From: Antedon mediterranea
Lineage: Eukaryota > Animalia > Echinodermata
NCBI RefSeq assembly: GCF_964355755.1
Contig: NC_092672.1
Span: 17,373,237 to 17,437,236, forward strand
Reading direction: 5' to 3'
DNA length: 64,000 nucleotides
This document shows, in pieces, positions 1 through 11,739 of the stretch; position 1 is the first letter of the stretch, and the number at the start of each line of letters is the position of its first letter. The notes under the pieces are model-generated. The model worked only from the letters and a program-made list of their open reading frames with translations. It searched no databases and was not told where the DNA came from. The translations under genes were made by a program, and so were the position numbers.

Positions 1-1
1 T

Positions 2-1250
2 CCGACACTTCTGGATAGAACTAAACTACATGTGACAGACATAATGGAGCTCCTCGGTTTAATTGTGAACAAAACCTATTTCTCGTTCAATGGTAACATT
101 TATAGGCAAATACAAGGCATTGCTATGGGAAGCCCAATAAGTCCTATATTGGCGAACTTGTATCTAGAGTGGCTCGAACATCAAGCCATAAACACGGCAC
201 CCACTAACATCAAGCCTGTGTATTGGAAACGATACGTTGATGATGTATTAGCTATCATCCCCATAGGTACAGTACATACATTTAACACACATCTTAATAA
301 CATCGATATAACTGACAATATCAAGTTCACCACAGAATCGATGACAAACAACACAATACCTTTCCTGGACATGCTCATCACACTCAATGACAATGGAACA
401 GTTACCACCTCAGTCTATCGGAAGCCCACTCACACAGACCAATATTTACATTTCAACTCACATCATCCACTCGAACACAAACTTGGGCTTATAAACACGC
501 TTGTGGACAGAACTGAGAAGGTAGTGGGAGATATGGATTTGAGGAAAGTTGAGATGGATAACATCAAGAAAGCGTTACACAACTGCCAGTATCCAGAGTG
601 GTCCTTCCAGAGATTTATGGAAAACCGAAAAAGAAAAAAGAACAAAGGACACGAACCACAGAAGGAAAAGATCAAGATGCGAGGTAGCATAGGAATCCCC
701 TATGTAAAAGGAATGGCAGAAAGAATACGACGCACTCTCTCCTATCACAATGTCGGAACCTATTTCCTACCCCAAAATAAAATCAAGAATAGCCTCGTCC
801 ACCCAAAAGATAAAATCGAGAAGATGGATACATGTGGAGTAATCTACGAAGTCACCTGCCGCAACTGTCCACAAGTTTACATTGGGGAAACAGGGAGGGC
901 ATTACAAACACGAATTAATGATCACAAAAAAGTTGTTACAACAAACACGGGGGGAGTAATGACTAGGGCCTCCAGAACATCCACATCTTCGATCATACAC
1001 AAATCTGCCATTACAGACCATCTTAACCAAAGAGCCTAAACGCAAAGACAGACAGATTAGAGAATCATTACATATAAGGAGAAATAAAGAGAAGACCATA
1101 AACCGGGACACTGGAGCCCACGAACTCTCGCATTTGTACAATGATTTGATAGACATATCACCTGGCCGAGCCCCGCACAACCTCCAACCTACAACCGGAG
1201 GCGTACAACGTCATCAACAGATGACGTCAAGAATGACCAAGCTGCATTAA
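2..1250 (+). mobile_element. Penelope-like retroelement ORF (RT + GIY-YIG endonuclease), 5'-truncated by the window edge, with a deletion/frameshift near 1028
   Basis: ORF 32..1039 (frame open from base 2) has RT motifs QIQGIAMGSPISP and RYVDD, the thumb motif VYRKPTHTDQYLHFNSHHP, and GIY-YIG GVIYEVTCRNCPQVYIGETGR. The typical PLE C-terminus (KEPKRKDRQIRESLHIRR..INRDTG..LSHLY) continues in another frame from 1029 to TAA at 1248-1250. Confidence 0.95.
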
Positions 1251-1251
1251 C

Positions 1252-1302
1252 ACTCCGCAGTCAGTTGAGAAGGATCTCTGATAGAGATCGAAACGTTCGA
1301 GT
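1252..1302 (+). ncRNA. Minimal hammerhead-ribozyme-like motif at the Penelope 3' end
   Basis: TTGAGAAG (variant of the CUGANGA core) - stem GATCTCT/GAT/AGAGATC - GAAACGTTC with palindromic stem III (AACGTT). This is the position and form expected of PLE minimal hammerheads. Confidence 0.7.
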
Positions 1303-1752
1303 AAGTACTCCGTTAACTTGTGCTTTTACAAAAACGAAATTTGTCATCTATACAAAATCGAAGTTAAATGAAATTCTTTCAAGATTTAAATATCTCATTA
1401 ATCGGATCGAACCGAAAAGAATCACCCATGAACGGCAATTGCCGTAGCCTAATGACCTCTCGAACACGGTCGTAGCCCTTCGTAAGCTAATGATCATTAC
1501 TATCTCGTATACACAAAAGCCTTTCGTAGGCTCAACCTTGTCGCTCGTGGACCATACACTGCCGCATATCGTAGGCCAAACACTAGTTACTCGTGAACTA
1601 TATCTCTCGCCCACAGTTACTCGTGAACTATGTCTCTCATCCACGATGGTATGACTATGCACATGCGCAAACCAAATGCGTTCACCACCGAACACGGGAC
1701 AAATCAAGTTGTGCCTATAAAACATACAAACATAGTTATAAAATATGTGATT

Positions 1753-3720
1753 TATGCGTTTCTAAAATCAAATCTCATGGTGAGTAAATTAAAAGGCAAC
1801 GCATTCTGAAATAATCGTTTCTCTGGTTTGTAGGCGAGGCACTGTCCTCGTCCTGTAATGCACAAATCATTTAATCTAGGCAAAACTGTGTGCTACCAAA
1901 TATGTCCTTAAGAAACCCAGTGTTGGTGAAAGAGCCGGCCAAAACGGCGCAGACGGCCACTCCGGAACAATCACTGTTCCGTAAGATTTGCATTCCCTCA
2001 TATGCTGCACTGCTTTTAAGACTATAAAAGCAGACGGAAAAACCCAATTATTTTCGCAAGCCCAGTTTTGTGTCAAACTATCCGCCGCCTCGCAACCGGG
2101 ATTCCAAAAACGTGAATTAAAACGAGACAACTGTGCGTTATAGTGCGAGGCGAATCTGTCAACTGTGTGCGGACCAAATCGTTTATCTAAATGTGAAAAA
2201 ACGCTACGATTAAGAGACCAATCATCTGGATCAATGAATCTACTCAACTGATCGGCTCGCGAGTTCAATTCGCGCGGCAGCCATTCTGGCTCGATGTGGA
2301 TGTTAAGATCCATACCGCAATTGTATAAGTCAATGCTCAAATCATGTAGATTTGCGTTGGTACTACCTACCGATATGATGCGACAAGCGTTTTGGCTATC
2401 AGTATACCATTTTAACTTTTTGCCCCGTAATTGTGTTCCTAATGAACGCAGTACGTACAAAAGTGCCCTTAATTCACGGCTGGTTGAACTTTCCTTACTC
2501 TCAGAGTCAGACCATAACCCGGCGCACACCGAATCACTCAGTTGTACCGAGAACCCGCCGAATCCTGAATCGCTTGCGTCTGAATAGATTGCTGACGTTG
2601 CGCACGCCATGGGCTTGATAGGCTGACCGTTTACCCCCGCCAAATTAGCATGCCAGAATCGCAACTCATTGATGGAACCCACTGAAAGTAAAATTTTACT
2701 CGACCATGAAACGCGAGATTCTATTGATCTGTACAAATGTCTAGTGAACAACCGCGATAAGCGACCGATCGCGGTCGATGCGGATATGATTAAACCAGCG
2801 ACGCGAGCGATATCACGTACAGGAATGTGTTGCGAACTTCTACTTAGGCACTTTCGAATAGCAATCTGCGTCTTTACTAGCTTATTATCGGCTAAACTGC
2901 ATGGAAATAGTATCTACAAGCATGCCCAACCACACACCCGACTGCCTGGGAATGAAATCACTTTTTGCTACGTTAACTTTAAAACCAGACGACGCCAAAT
3001 CTTTTTGAACAATGTGACTAGCCGCTTGAGCGGAAATTTTGTCAGCGTGACCCGAAATTCCATCATCAATATACAAAATAGCGCCATGGCCCATTGATCG
3101 CCATCTGGTAATCAACGGCGTCAGCATTTTCGTAAAACAATAACTAGCCGTATTTAATCAGAATGGGAGAACGGAACATGTAAAGTAACGAACACGGTTA
3201 TCGAACTTCCAGCTGAACCCCAAAAACTTCTGATGCGGTTCAAAAATATCGATATGATGATAACCGGACTCTAGGTCAAAAGTGAAAAAATAAAAACCCT
3301 TTGAAAACATGTCCGCTAGAGTGACGAGACCCTAGTACTTACATTTCGAAACAAAAGTGTATTGGTTCACATGTCGCAGATCTAAAACTAGTCTTAACTT
3401 CTTCCCCTCAGAAACCGTGAGAGGATTGACCACGAAGGGCGGAGAATTGTGTTCTTTAATGCTACCGACACTTAACAACTTTGTAATGGCCTCGACTACA
3501 AACTCGGGGTGATTAAAACTAGAACGATTATTTGTCAGAAAAACTGTGGGTGGAAAACGTGTAAATGGAATAACGTAACCCTTATTTAAAATATCAATCA
3601 CAAACAAAGGTGGATTAAGGTGTTCTAACCAAAAATCTCTACAGCGGCGCAAACGGCCTGTGACTCCGGGAAATTCAGAGTCTAAACTAGTCTCATATTC
3701 GTAATTGTTGTCAAAAATAT
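1753..3720 (-). pseudogene. DIRS pol: RT - RNase H - N6-adenine-MTase-like domain, with stops and frameshifts
   Basis: ORF pieces 3332-3652 (GYVIPF..VVNPLTV..KLRLVLDLRHVN), 2885-3127 (LYIDDG) and 1876-2751 (SDASDSGFGG, RELRA, YTDSQN, WLPRELNSRADQLSR, then DDWSLN..HTVDRFAS..RFNSRFWNPG..IVPEWPSAPFWP). Between the pieces I read FDLESGYHHIDI..VLPF*L with in-frame stops. Confidence 0.92.
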
Positions 3721-3721
3721 C

Positions 3722-4234
3722 CTAATTGTCATCAATACTTATCTGCTTAATGCTTGTTTGCTCCTCCTGCTTGCTGCGAACTGCTTGCCCGTTGAGGGCA
3801 TTGGTATTGGATGTGGTCAACTTGGCCGCATCCCCAGCAAGCCTGGTAGCTGCGGTTAGCACGGGTTGCTGTTGGTGCCTGAAATCCTGGGAGAGCTCCC
3901 GTTGAACTTGGTGCGACGGACTGAAAACGAAAATTGCCGCGTCCTCTGCTGCCAATAGAGCGCCTATGTTTGCGCTCCCGCTCTCGCCGTTTAAATTCCG
4001 CTTGTCATCGTCGGAATCGCTAGAAAGGTCGTCAGACACGTACGCCTGTATGGTATCCCAACCATGCTTGTCGGCAATTTTGACAATTTTTTGGCGTTTG
4101 TCAATAAACCTAATACCTTCGTTGAGCAGCTCCCTCGCCTTTTCAATCTGATCGTTGTCAATGTTAGACACGGCCTCTTCTATCTAGCAATGTCAACGTA
4201 ACCCTGGTCTCCAACTACGCCCTGTTCTAAATCC
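3722..4234 (-). pseudogene. DIRS gag-like ORF1 relic
   Basis: RQKIVKIADKHGWDTIQAYVSDDLSSDSDDDKR motif. A CCHC knuckle (CWGCGQVDHIQYQCP) is in a shifted frame at ~3795-3840. Confidence 0.8.
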
Positions 4235-4454
4235 ATAACGGCACAAAATTAATTAGATAGTGAAAAGGAAAACGCGAACTGGTGTAATGAACTTAACAGT
4301 GTGACGTGTTGACCGCGAATGACTAAACATACTCCCTTTCCCACTACACCTGCAAAATTCCATTTGCATAACAACACACGGCATACCAAACCGTGTCGTA
4401 CAACTACGATGAGATATAAATTCTCTTCTAAACACGTAACGAAGAGAATTACTA

Positions 4455-4675
4455 ATTTTCTAGGAATATCAAACCACTTTCCGTACACTTTCACCTTTGC
4501 AAGATCACCGGTAAAATAGTCAAGCTCTTCCTCACATTTTTTAAACAATGTATCGGCTGTTCCTTTATCAAGAAGTTGAAGGTAATCACAATCTAAATTT
4601 TCCCCTGTTATCTTTTGCACAGATAACCCATCAGGGGATAGTAATTTTGCTCTGAATTGAATAAACGTTCTCCGT
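4455..4675 (-). pseudogene. ALKBH2-like 2OG-Fe(II) dioxygenase, N-terminal fragment
   Basis: QKITGENLDCDYLQLLDKGTADTLFKKCEEELDYFTGDLAKVKVYGKWFDIPRK closely resembles the ALKBH2 N-terminal domain (HIRAEGLDCSY..EVEYFTGALARVQVFGKWHSVPRK, from recall). Similarity stops where the DIRS sequence starts. Confidence 0.85.
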
Positions 4676-4765
4676 TGTCGTTTTCGTCACCACCACCATC
4701 GACGGTAACCGCATTATCATTATCAACCTCTTCAATCATCTTTTGAATTTCACCGTGTTGTTCAA

Positions 4766-5272
4766 TTAACTTTTACCATGTCTCTTTGGAAGGTTTATAC
4801 CTTTTTTGCCGGGTTTAAACTCGCCTCCTTCTTCGGCCTGGTAACAATGGCGAATACATACAAACTGCTCTTCTTTCCAGCTACTAACTACCACATGTAG
4901 TATGTCCGAAAGTGGGATTCTTACTGCCTCCACCAAGTTAATGTCTCTTTGCAAGTCGGCTAGGGCTTGAAGAATTAAATCAATATTGGTAAAAAGTTTT
5001 TGCCACAGCAGAACGGGTAAATTAATACCTAGAGGTCCAGATTTGAAGGCACCATTTTCTTCTGTTTGATAAAATTCTCTGAGGCATACATAAACAACTT
5101 CACCCCAGCGCTGGGCCACTACATGGCGTTTTTCAGACAGAAAAATCCGATTCGTTGAAGTTATTGTAATCTTTGGTTCACCACCGGTCATTTCGGCATA
5201 ATCCCTGGCGCTCATTCCTGAGGCAGAGTGAAATGATGTTTTACTTGTTGACGGCTTCGCTGCTTTACTCAA
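4766..5272 (-). pseudogene. Intronless protein with two tandem PC4 (Sub1-like ssDNA-binding) domains, frameshifted near 4785
   Basis: Two repeats: LSEKRHVVAQRWGEVVYVCLREFY..FKSGPLGINLPVLLWQKL and LSDILHVVVSSWKEEQFVCIRHCY..FKPGKKGINLP. These match the PC4 signature (IREY..PGKKGISL..W..L). Confidence 0.85.
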
Positions 5273-5789
5273 ATCGTTCGTGTAATAACAAGTTGATGTT
5301 ATACGATATTATAATAAAGGGATTAGGCCTCGTTTTAGTTGTTTATGTTATTCTAAGAAAACTGCACATAGGCCTACATACATTATGTTCACTTTAGCAC
5401 TCTAGTATTTTAAAACATTGATGACTAGCAATTATACACGCCCGGGCGGGTTTCCTATGTAGTTTTAAAACTTCACAGTACATTCCCGATCATTTGATAA
5501 CTCATTATCCAGATGCCCTAAAATGCACCCACCTCCCCAACACACACCCGCACTCGGGGATTTTTTAACTTATAATGTTAAACTTCCTGGTACAAATTCT
5601 ATTGCAAACCCCGGCTCTATGACGGTTTTCAAATGCAGTTAAAACATACCCCCAGTTCACATTAATCATGTGGTCATTGATACTAACCCCAGCAGATCAC
5701 TTAGCCTCCAACCCTTCTAACCTCTGCACACTGTGATTTTTTTAAATATAGTTTAAAACCTTCCAAGTACAATTGTGGTCATACAATCA

Positions 5790-6000
5790 CGAAATATTGT
5801 GCTACCTACATTTGAGAAAGTGTGCAATCCATTAAAAAAATTGTGCTCCTCTTTGAGAAATTGTGCAATATGCAAAATTCAGGAAATTGTACTACCTTTT
5901 TGAGAAATAATTGTGCTAACCATTCAGGAAATTGTGCTACCTCTTTGAGAAATTGTGCTACCCATTCGGGAAATTGTGCTACCTCTTTGAGAAATTGTAC
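5790..6000 (+). repeat. Minisatellite of ~20-22 bp units (GAAATTGTGCTACC core)
   Basis: About 9 copies with alternating tails (TCTTTGA / CATTCAG). Confidence 0.85.
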
Positions 6001-6796
6001 TTAGACCTAATCTATTGATTACAATTCAGGAGTTACAAATTAAGAGTTATCATTTTTGGTATCATTACTTCACACAACTTAGACAAACAAATGTCACATT
6101 AATGTGTAATAAAAACTGAACTATGTATTTGAGGAAAACATAAATATATATTTCCTCCATAAATGTGCATACAATTGGGGTATACTCAAGAAAAGGGGTT
6201 TATAATTGAGACATAAAGGAACTATTATATAACACATGATTATAAAATACGGTATTTAATTGTTTGCTTATAATTTGAAATAGTATTACTGTACTATTTA
6301 TTATAGGCCTATATATTTAACATTAGAGGGGTGGCAAATCCATAGAGATCATTTTGAGATCTCAGCTGAAGAACATGAAATAGTTTATAAATATAGTTTT
6401 AATTTCAAAACAAAAGTTTTTGCTTTTCCAGCGATTTTAGTCTGTGTGCACAAAACATAAATTTTTAATTTAAACTCATCTCTACAGTTCATTCTTTGGC
6501 TCCCTGCTGTTAGATTAGAACTGACCTTGCTAACCACTTGCATTCTTTAATTTTGTGTTCAAAAAATGTACCCATGGTAAAATGGTGGTTTCTAAATACA
6601 ATGAGTGACCAATTCCAAAATAGGCTGTGCATTGCAGCCAATCAGAAGCAAGGAAGGCTGAGCCTGGAAGATGAACAAGGTGTTACGTGATTTATTAATT
6701 GACTAAGACATTAATGACTGGCTTTAGGCAAAAATAAACAAGTAAGATGCCAGAGGCAAAAGCTCACGCTAAATAGGGCTCGTTCTCCTAATGAAC

Positions 6797-6995
6797 AAAG
6801 AATGACCTTTCACTAATTAATATTACAATAACAGGAAATTAAACAATAGAAAATATAATATATACCCTGGGGATATGACATTCCTTTCGGGTCTGGTTTA
6901 AAGAATGACCTTTCACTAATTATTAATACAATACCTGGAAATTAAACAATAGAAATATGAAATATGCCCTGGGGGTATGACATTCCTTTTTGGAC
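6797..6995 (+). repeat. Two ~100-bp direct repeats
   Basis: AAAGAATGACCTTTCACTAATT...CCCTGGGG.TATGACATTCCTTT at ~6797 and ~6900. Confidence 0.85.
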
Positions 6996-7084
6996 TGAAG
7001 TCCTACATCTACTACTGTCTTACTCTATCAACATTAAATTTAACCTTGGTTTTGGCAATTTCCCTTTTAACTAAAACTTAACAA

Positions 7085-7530
7085 ACTTTCCAATGTGATA
7101 AATCATGGGATTTGAATGCTTTTTGGCGATCAGAAATAAATTGTCTGATATGCTGGACTAACCATGGTCTGTCAGTGTTGTGGATTTTAATATTTTTTAA
7201 AGCAAAAAAAAACACATCGATAGCAGAGTTCAATTTGGAATTAAAAAAACGTCAATTTTACTCTGTGTAGAGATGCAGCAATAAATGTCATTCCAATTCT
7301 GAGATTGAAGCCAGGTGGCAAACGCTCCGATATTATGATGTCATAGAAGGGGAACACCAGTAGATTTTACAATATTTCTGGTAACTTGATCTTTAGGTTT
7401 CTATAAACTACAAACATGGTCGCTATAACCAATAGAAGACATTGCTTCGGGTGAGTGGTATTTAGTTTCAAGGTTCGTCAAGATGAGGTCCAACGTAGCA
7501 AGTTCACGAGTGGGAAAGCTGACGCATTTA
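7085..7530 (-). mobile_element. Non-LTR retrotransposon (L2/CR1-group) ORF2 relic: APE C-terminus and linker
   Basis: Manual translation gives SFPTRELATLDLILTNL..PEAMSSIGYSDHV (APE motif) and ..NWNDIY..DRPWLVQHIRQFISDRQKAF. Confidence 0.8.
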
Positions 7531-8493
7531 AAAAGTATTAGCTTTGGTAAACATATGGTCCTTATACGATAGACGGTAGAGATGATGATTTTTTAGATGT
7601 TCTGATGCACGAAAGAATCGTTGAGAATTGATGTTAATCTCATGGATAAATCTTTGACATACCGTTTGTGTCTGATTACAAACGTTTTTAAAACTTGCTC
7701 TGGTGGCCATCCTAACATTCTCCTAGTACTACTTTTCTTAATTCAAAATAATTTATATATACAGTAAAAACAAAATTAAAATGTGGTTTTTATGTTTATG
7801 GGCAATGTATAAACACAATTTTGATTCGTCGAAAAGACGTAGATTTGGTCGTATATCTTTCTTTCTAGATGTGTCAATTCCACGTTTCTGTGTATTGTTT
7901 CCATTGATTTCCTTAAAAGTTTCTCATTCCAGTATGAGTAGAATATCAAACTTTTTATTTTTCAAAACTCTAGAATCGTTTCATTAACTGCTTTATATTG
8001 CTAATGCTGAACCACTTTCAATGTTTTTTTAATCTAGTAATCAAGTACCATTACTTTTGGTGTCATCAGTTTTTATTTTATGTGATTCTACCGTTATCAT
8101 TTCTTGTGTACACATTGGTATGAATTTATTGCATTTTTACAGTTTATATCTTTACATTGTTGACAGATAGTTTTAACAATCAAAATGATAATGATGCTGA
8201 GGGCAGAAACCAATAGATTCCTAACCCCATAAAAATGTATAGGCGTCATAATTACAACATCGTGATTCTCTAACTACGGCTTTATGACGTTCGGAGTACC
8301 TTTGTTATACCGCAATTAAAGCGTTAAAACGCCCTCATATTTGTTGTTTTGGTAGAAATAAGTCACACATACAGTAATATAATAGACAGTTACATTTAAT
8401 TATTGAATGGATGCAACATTACAGTTTTAAAAATATATATTTAAAAAAAATTGAATGTACCAAGAACCACTACAGAAATTAAATTCATACTAA

Positions 8494-9663
8494 TCTATAT
8501 ATAAATTTACGTAAGGGCAAAATTCGGTAAATCGCGTGTTATTTCTAGAATGTTTACTCGATGGTATATAAAGTTGGGTAGAATCTGGGTACTGATTTTA
8601 ACCACCTGATGTAACCCTGTTTACTAATTAAATTTAGTTAGATAATTAGTTATTGACAATTAAAACGAATTTAGGTTCAACGATTTGCCCCAAATAGGGG
8701 TGTTTCCGATCGTGGTATACACTGTCTAATGGATGTGCTCATGAAAAAATACCTGCACACAATAATACGAGGATACTTCGCATTTTCCTATCTCCTCCTA
8801 CGATAATTGTTGTTAATAGCTGATAAACTGTTGAACAGCTCGAGTACAGTATCATAATGTTGAAGACAGGCCGATTTTCTTTAAAAAATACTATTTTGAT
8901 AGATTTGATATACCTTTATGCAAATGTATTGATTTGCGATGAATGGAACATTCCAATCTCACAGTTTGTAGGTAAATTTATGAGCCCTTGGTTTAACACA
9001 AGTCGATAAATTTATAAAACTTATATATAGTATTGCAATACTTTTACAATATTGTAAATACTGTATGTATTAACCACTTTTGGTCGCCATTTGAATAGAA
9101 ATTGTCTTACTGTGAATGTGGTTACTGTTAGATATATAAACAAAATATACAAAGAACATTTATTACTGTGTGACTGTGGGTAGATTACTGACAGTTGCTT
9201 CTCAACGTTTGTATTAATTAATAATTATAAAAAATATAAACGTCGTAGTGGTGTCGTTACATGGACTTTACTATTTCAATCGACTATAACAGGGACAGTT
9301 TTAAAAAAGTAGTATAAATCGTAAATGTTTTACTGTGTTTAGTGGTATATTATTAATAGGCCTATACAACATTTAACACAATATTTCGTTACTAAGTGGA
9401 TAGAGAATATATTTTAAAATTGTTCTTCCCATCCTCTTCCCCATCCCTCAACTCTAATGTTATATACAAAACACAAATTGGGTTTGTTTAAATGAGTCAT
9501 TTTTTTAAGACAAGGCCTAATTCCCAGGGTGCTAATTTTACATAAATCATCGTGTCTATTTATTCGTTTCTGTAAACGACAATGTACTATTAGGCCTGCG
9601 GTACGTACATTTGAAATCGGGCAGTTTTTTACGCTGAAACTGTTATTCGAGAACCATCTGTGG
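8494..9663 (+). mobile_element. Non-autonomous Helitron, copy 1 (3' end missing)
   Basis: Starts A|TCTATATATAAAT. It is the inverted homolog of 19241-20746, which keeps the 3' hairpin end. Confidence 0.7.
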
Positions 9664-9859
9664 ATTCAATTTACCGTAGGCCTACACATTAGGATGTTGG
9701 AAAAGAAATAGTCCAATAATCATTTTAAATTTGCCTGCTTTATTTAAACATAAAAATATAAACTGATTGCTTTACTGTTTTGTCATTACAACTTAATGAT
9801 TTTACAATAAAACAGAATAGACAGGAACGTTGTTTACAATTGTGTTGGCCAAAAATAAT

Positions 9860-10240
9860 TGCATGAGCCAAAAGGTCCATTGATGCATATACCATAAGGT
9901 TTCAGTTTATCATACGAGTCTATATGCCACATGAAGTTCAAGCCTGGTACCAAATAACGTCGCCTCTGTAGTCGTTTTCTTCTCGAGCAACTCCATCCGG
10001 ATCTAAAACACCCAAAATGATACGGACCGTCTCCTTGTCAACGTTTAAGCCATTTTGTTTACATCGCATGTGCATCCATCTGTACCCGTGTAATTGACCT
10101 GATGCATTTATTTGATCCTCAATAAACATCGCAACATCTAAACAGGACGTCATGTTCCATAAACATGCGTTCAATTATCTCTTCATAATTTAAACCAAAA
10201 TGGAAATATAATCGAATAAGATTTCTATTTTCCATACTTG
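9860..10240 (-). pseudogene. DDE (rve-type, IS3EU-like) transposase N-terminal relic
   Basis: LIRLYFHFGLNYEEI / SGQLHGYRWMH..VRIILGVLDPDGV / RLQRRRY..PGLNFMWHIDSYDKLKPYGICING across frameshifts. The superfamily label is from recall. Confidence 0.75.
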
Positions 10241-10974
10241 TGTCCTTGAACGCATACGAATTAATCAAGATTCTATCAAATAAACAAACAAAATGGTTAG
10301 CGATTACGGTTATTTTCATTATCTAACTCAATTATTATTGTTTATTGTTATAATTTTTTAGACATAGGCCTGTAAGTAAACTGTTACTACTAGCCAAATA
10401 AACAACAGGTCTATACTGTCGAGCTTGAGTTGGGCATAACACGCACACGCAGGCACTAATAAACAAGAAATATTTCTTACAAAAAATGGCGCTCGACATA
10501 TTAATTTTTTAATCGCAAAGATACATACAAATCACAGATCTTTAATTATGAATCACATGCCCATTTTTCACTAGTTAATTGTATACACATCATTTGAAAG
10601 AAGACATACCTTTCCAACAATGTATTATTTGCCAACAAATATTAATCTACTAATTCAAAAATGGCATTTAAAAATGGTCAATTTTGAACTTTAATGTGCT
10701 GTAGCCTGTTTGTGTGTGACCTCAACCTGAACTGTTGTAGGCATGCAACTGAATACCCTCTCTAGCGACAACGTGTGTGGTACAAGTGAAAATTCTTTCA
10801 CAATCTGTTGATTCGCGTTAACCAATCAAAGGGCAAGAATCCAAAATCGTTCAACCGTGAGCCCTCATAGACTCTCTTTTCCCAGACGTTTTTTTGGGTC
10901 CAGCAACTGGGACCTATAAATTATAGTCGAGTTTGCAAATTCGTAATACTGTCGGCCGGCCTTAAATACTAAAG

Positions 10975-11190
10975 CTTCTCGGATAAGGACTATAAACCGT
11001 AGGTCCAGCGTACACATAGCTCATGTGCACTTTAAAGAACTTAGTACATCTTTCGAGACGAGTAGGGGTTTACCCCGGTGTACTAGTCCACACAAACACA
11101 GCCACTGTGCAGTTGGGACTGGACCATTTTAGAGGTGTTTACCACCTATTGGTCCAGATCCTTCACTAACAGAGCTTGTGAGAAGTTGAA
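10975..11190 (+). mobile_element. 5'-truncated Deu/Nin-domain SINE
   Basis: Shares the core CTTCTCGGATAAGGACTATAAACCGTAGGTCC..TTAAAGAAC..GAGTAGGGGTT.ACCCCGGTGT with the copy at 25330-25642. Confidence 0.8.
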
Positions 11191-11739
11191 TAAAAAAAAA
11201 TTAACACCTAGGCTACTATGCTGTGACATTTAATTCGTTAATAGTTTCATAACAATAACACTAATAATAACAATAATAATAATACACTTACCAAACAACT
11301 TTAATAAGAACAACGAACACCGACACGGTGTAGTGTCAAAAATTTGGTAAATTGCGCCCTCAACTAATGAGTGAATATTCCGTTCGAACGAATTACTAAT
11401 CAGCAGGTATATAAAATATACCAAATTGGCTAGTTGAGAATTCTCAACTATTACCGCAGTACGCCTGTAACGACGAAGTCTACCGGTATAATGGGATAGG
11501 CTGATTTCCTTGTTAACTTAAGGGGTCATTTAATTACTGAATTATGATTGGTAGTAAAGGAAATTTACTGGAATCCTATTGGATGGTAAGGTGGTAGTAG
11601 GACCATGTCCATCCCATTGCAGTAATAAAGTTGAGCCACCTGCGACCATTACAATGTCCTACCATGCTAATGTAGGAGTGGGGAAATGTTATGCTTACTA
11701 CTGTTTCTTTTAATAATTTAGTACAATTAATAAGAATAA

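Larger units (their letters stand above)
1348..4455 (-). mobile_element. Decayed DIRS-type (tyrosine-recombinase class) retrotransposon; no YR ORF visible
   Basis: gag-like, RT, RNase H and methyltransferase-like domains occur in DIRS order on the minus strand. Boundaries are approximate. Confidence 0.9.

Noticed and set aside
1348-1725. 125-aa ORF as the DIRS tyrosine recombinase
   Set aside because: No R..HxxR..Y motifs; it lies in a hairpin-rich noncoding spacer.
4250-4455. DIRS ITR or Ngaro split direct repeats matching 1348-1750
   Set aside because: I could not see direct or inverted similarity between the two ends by eye.
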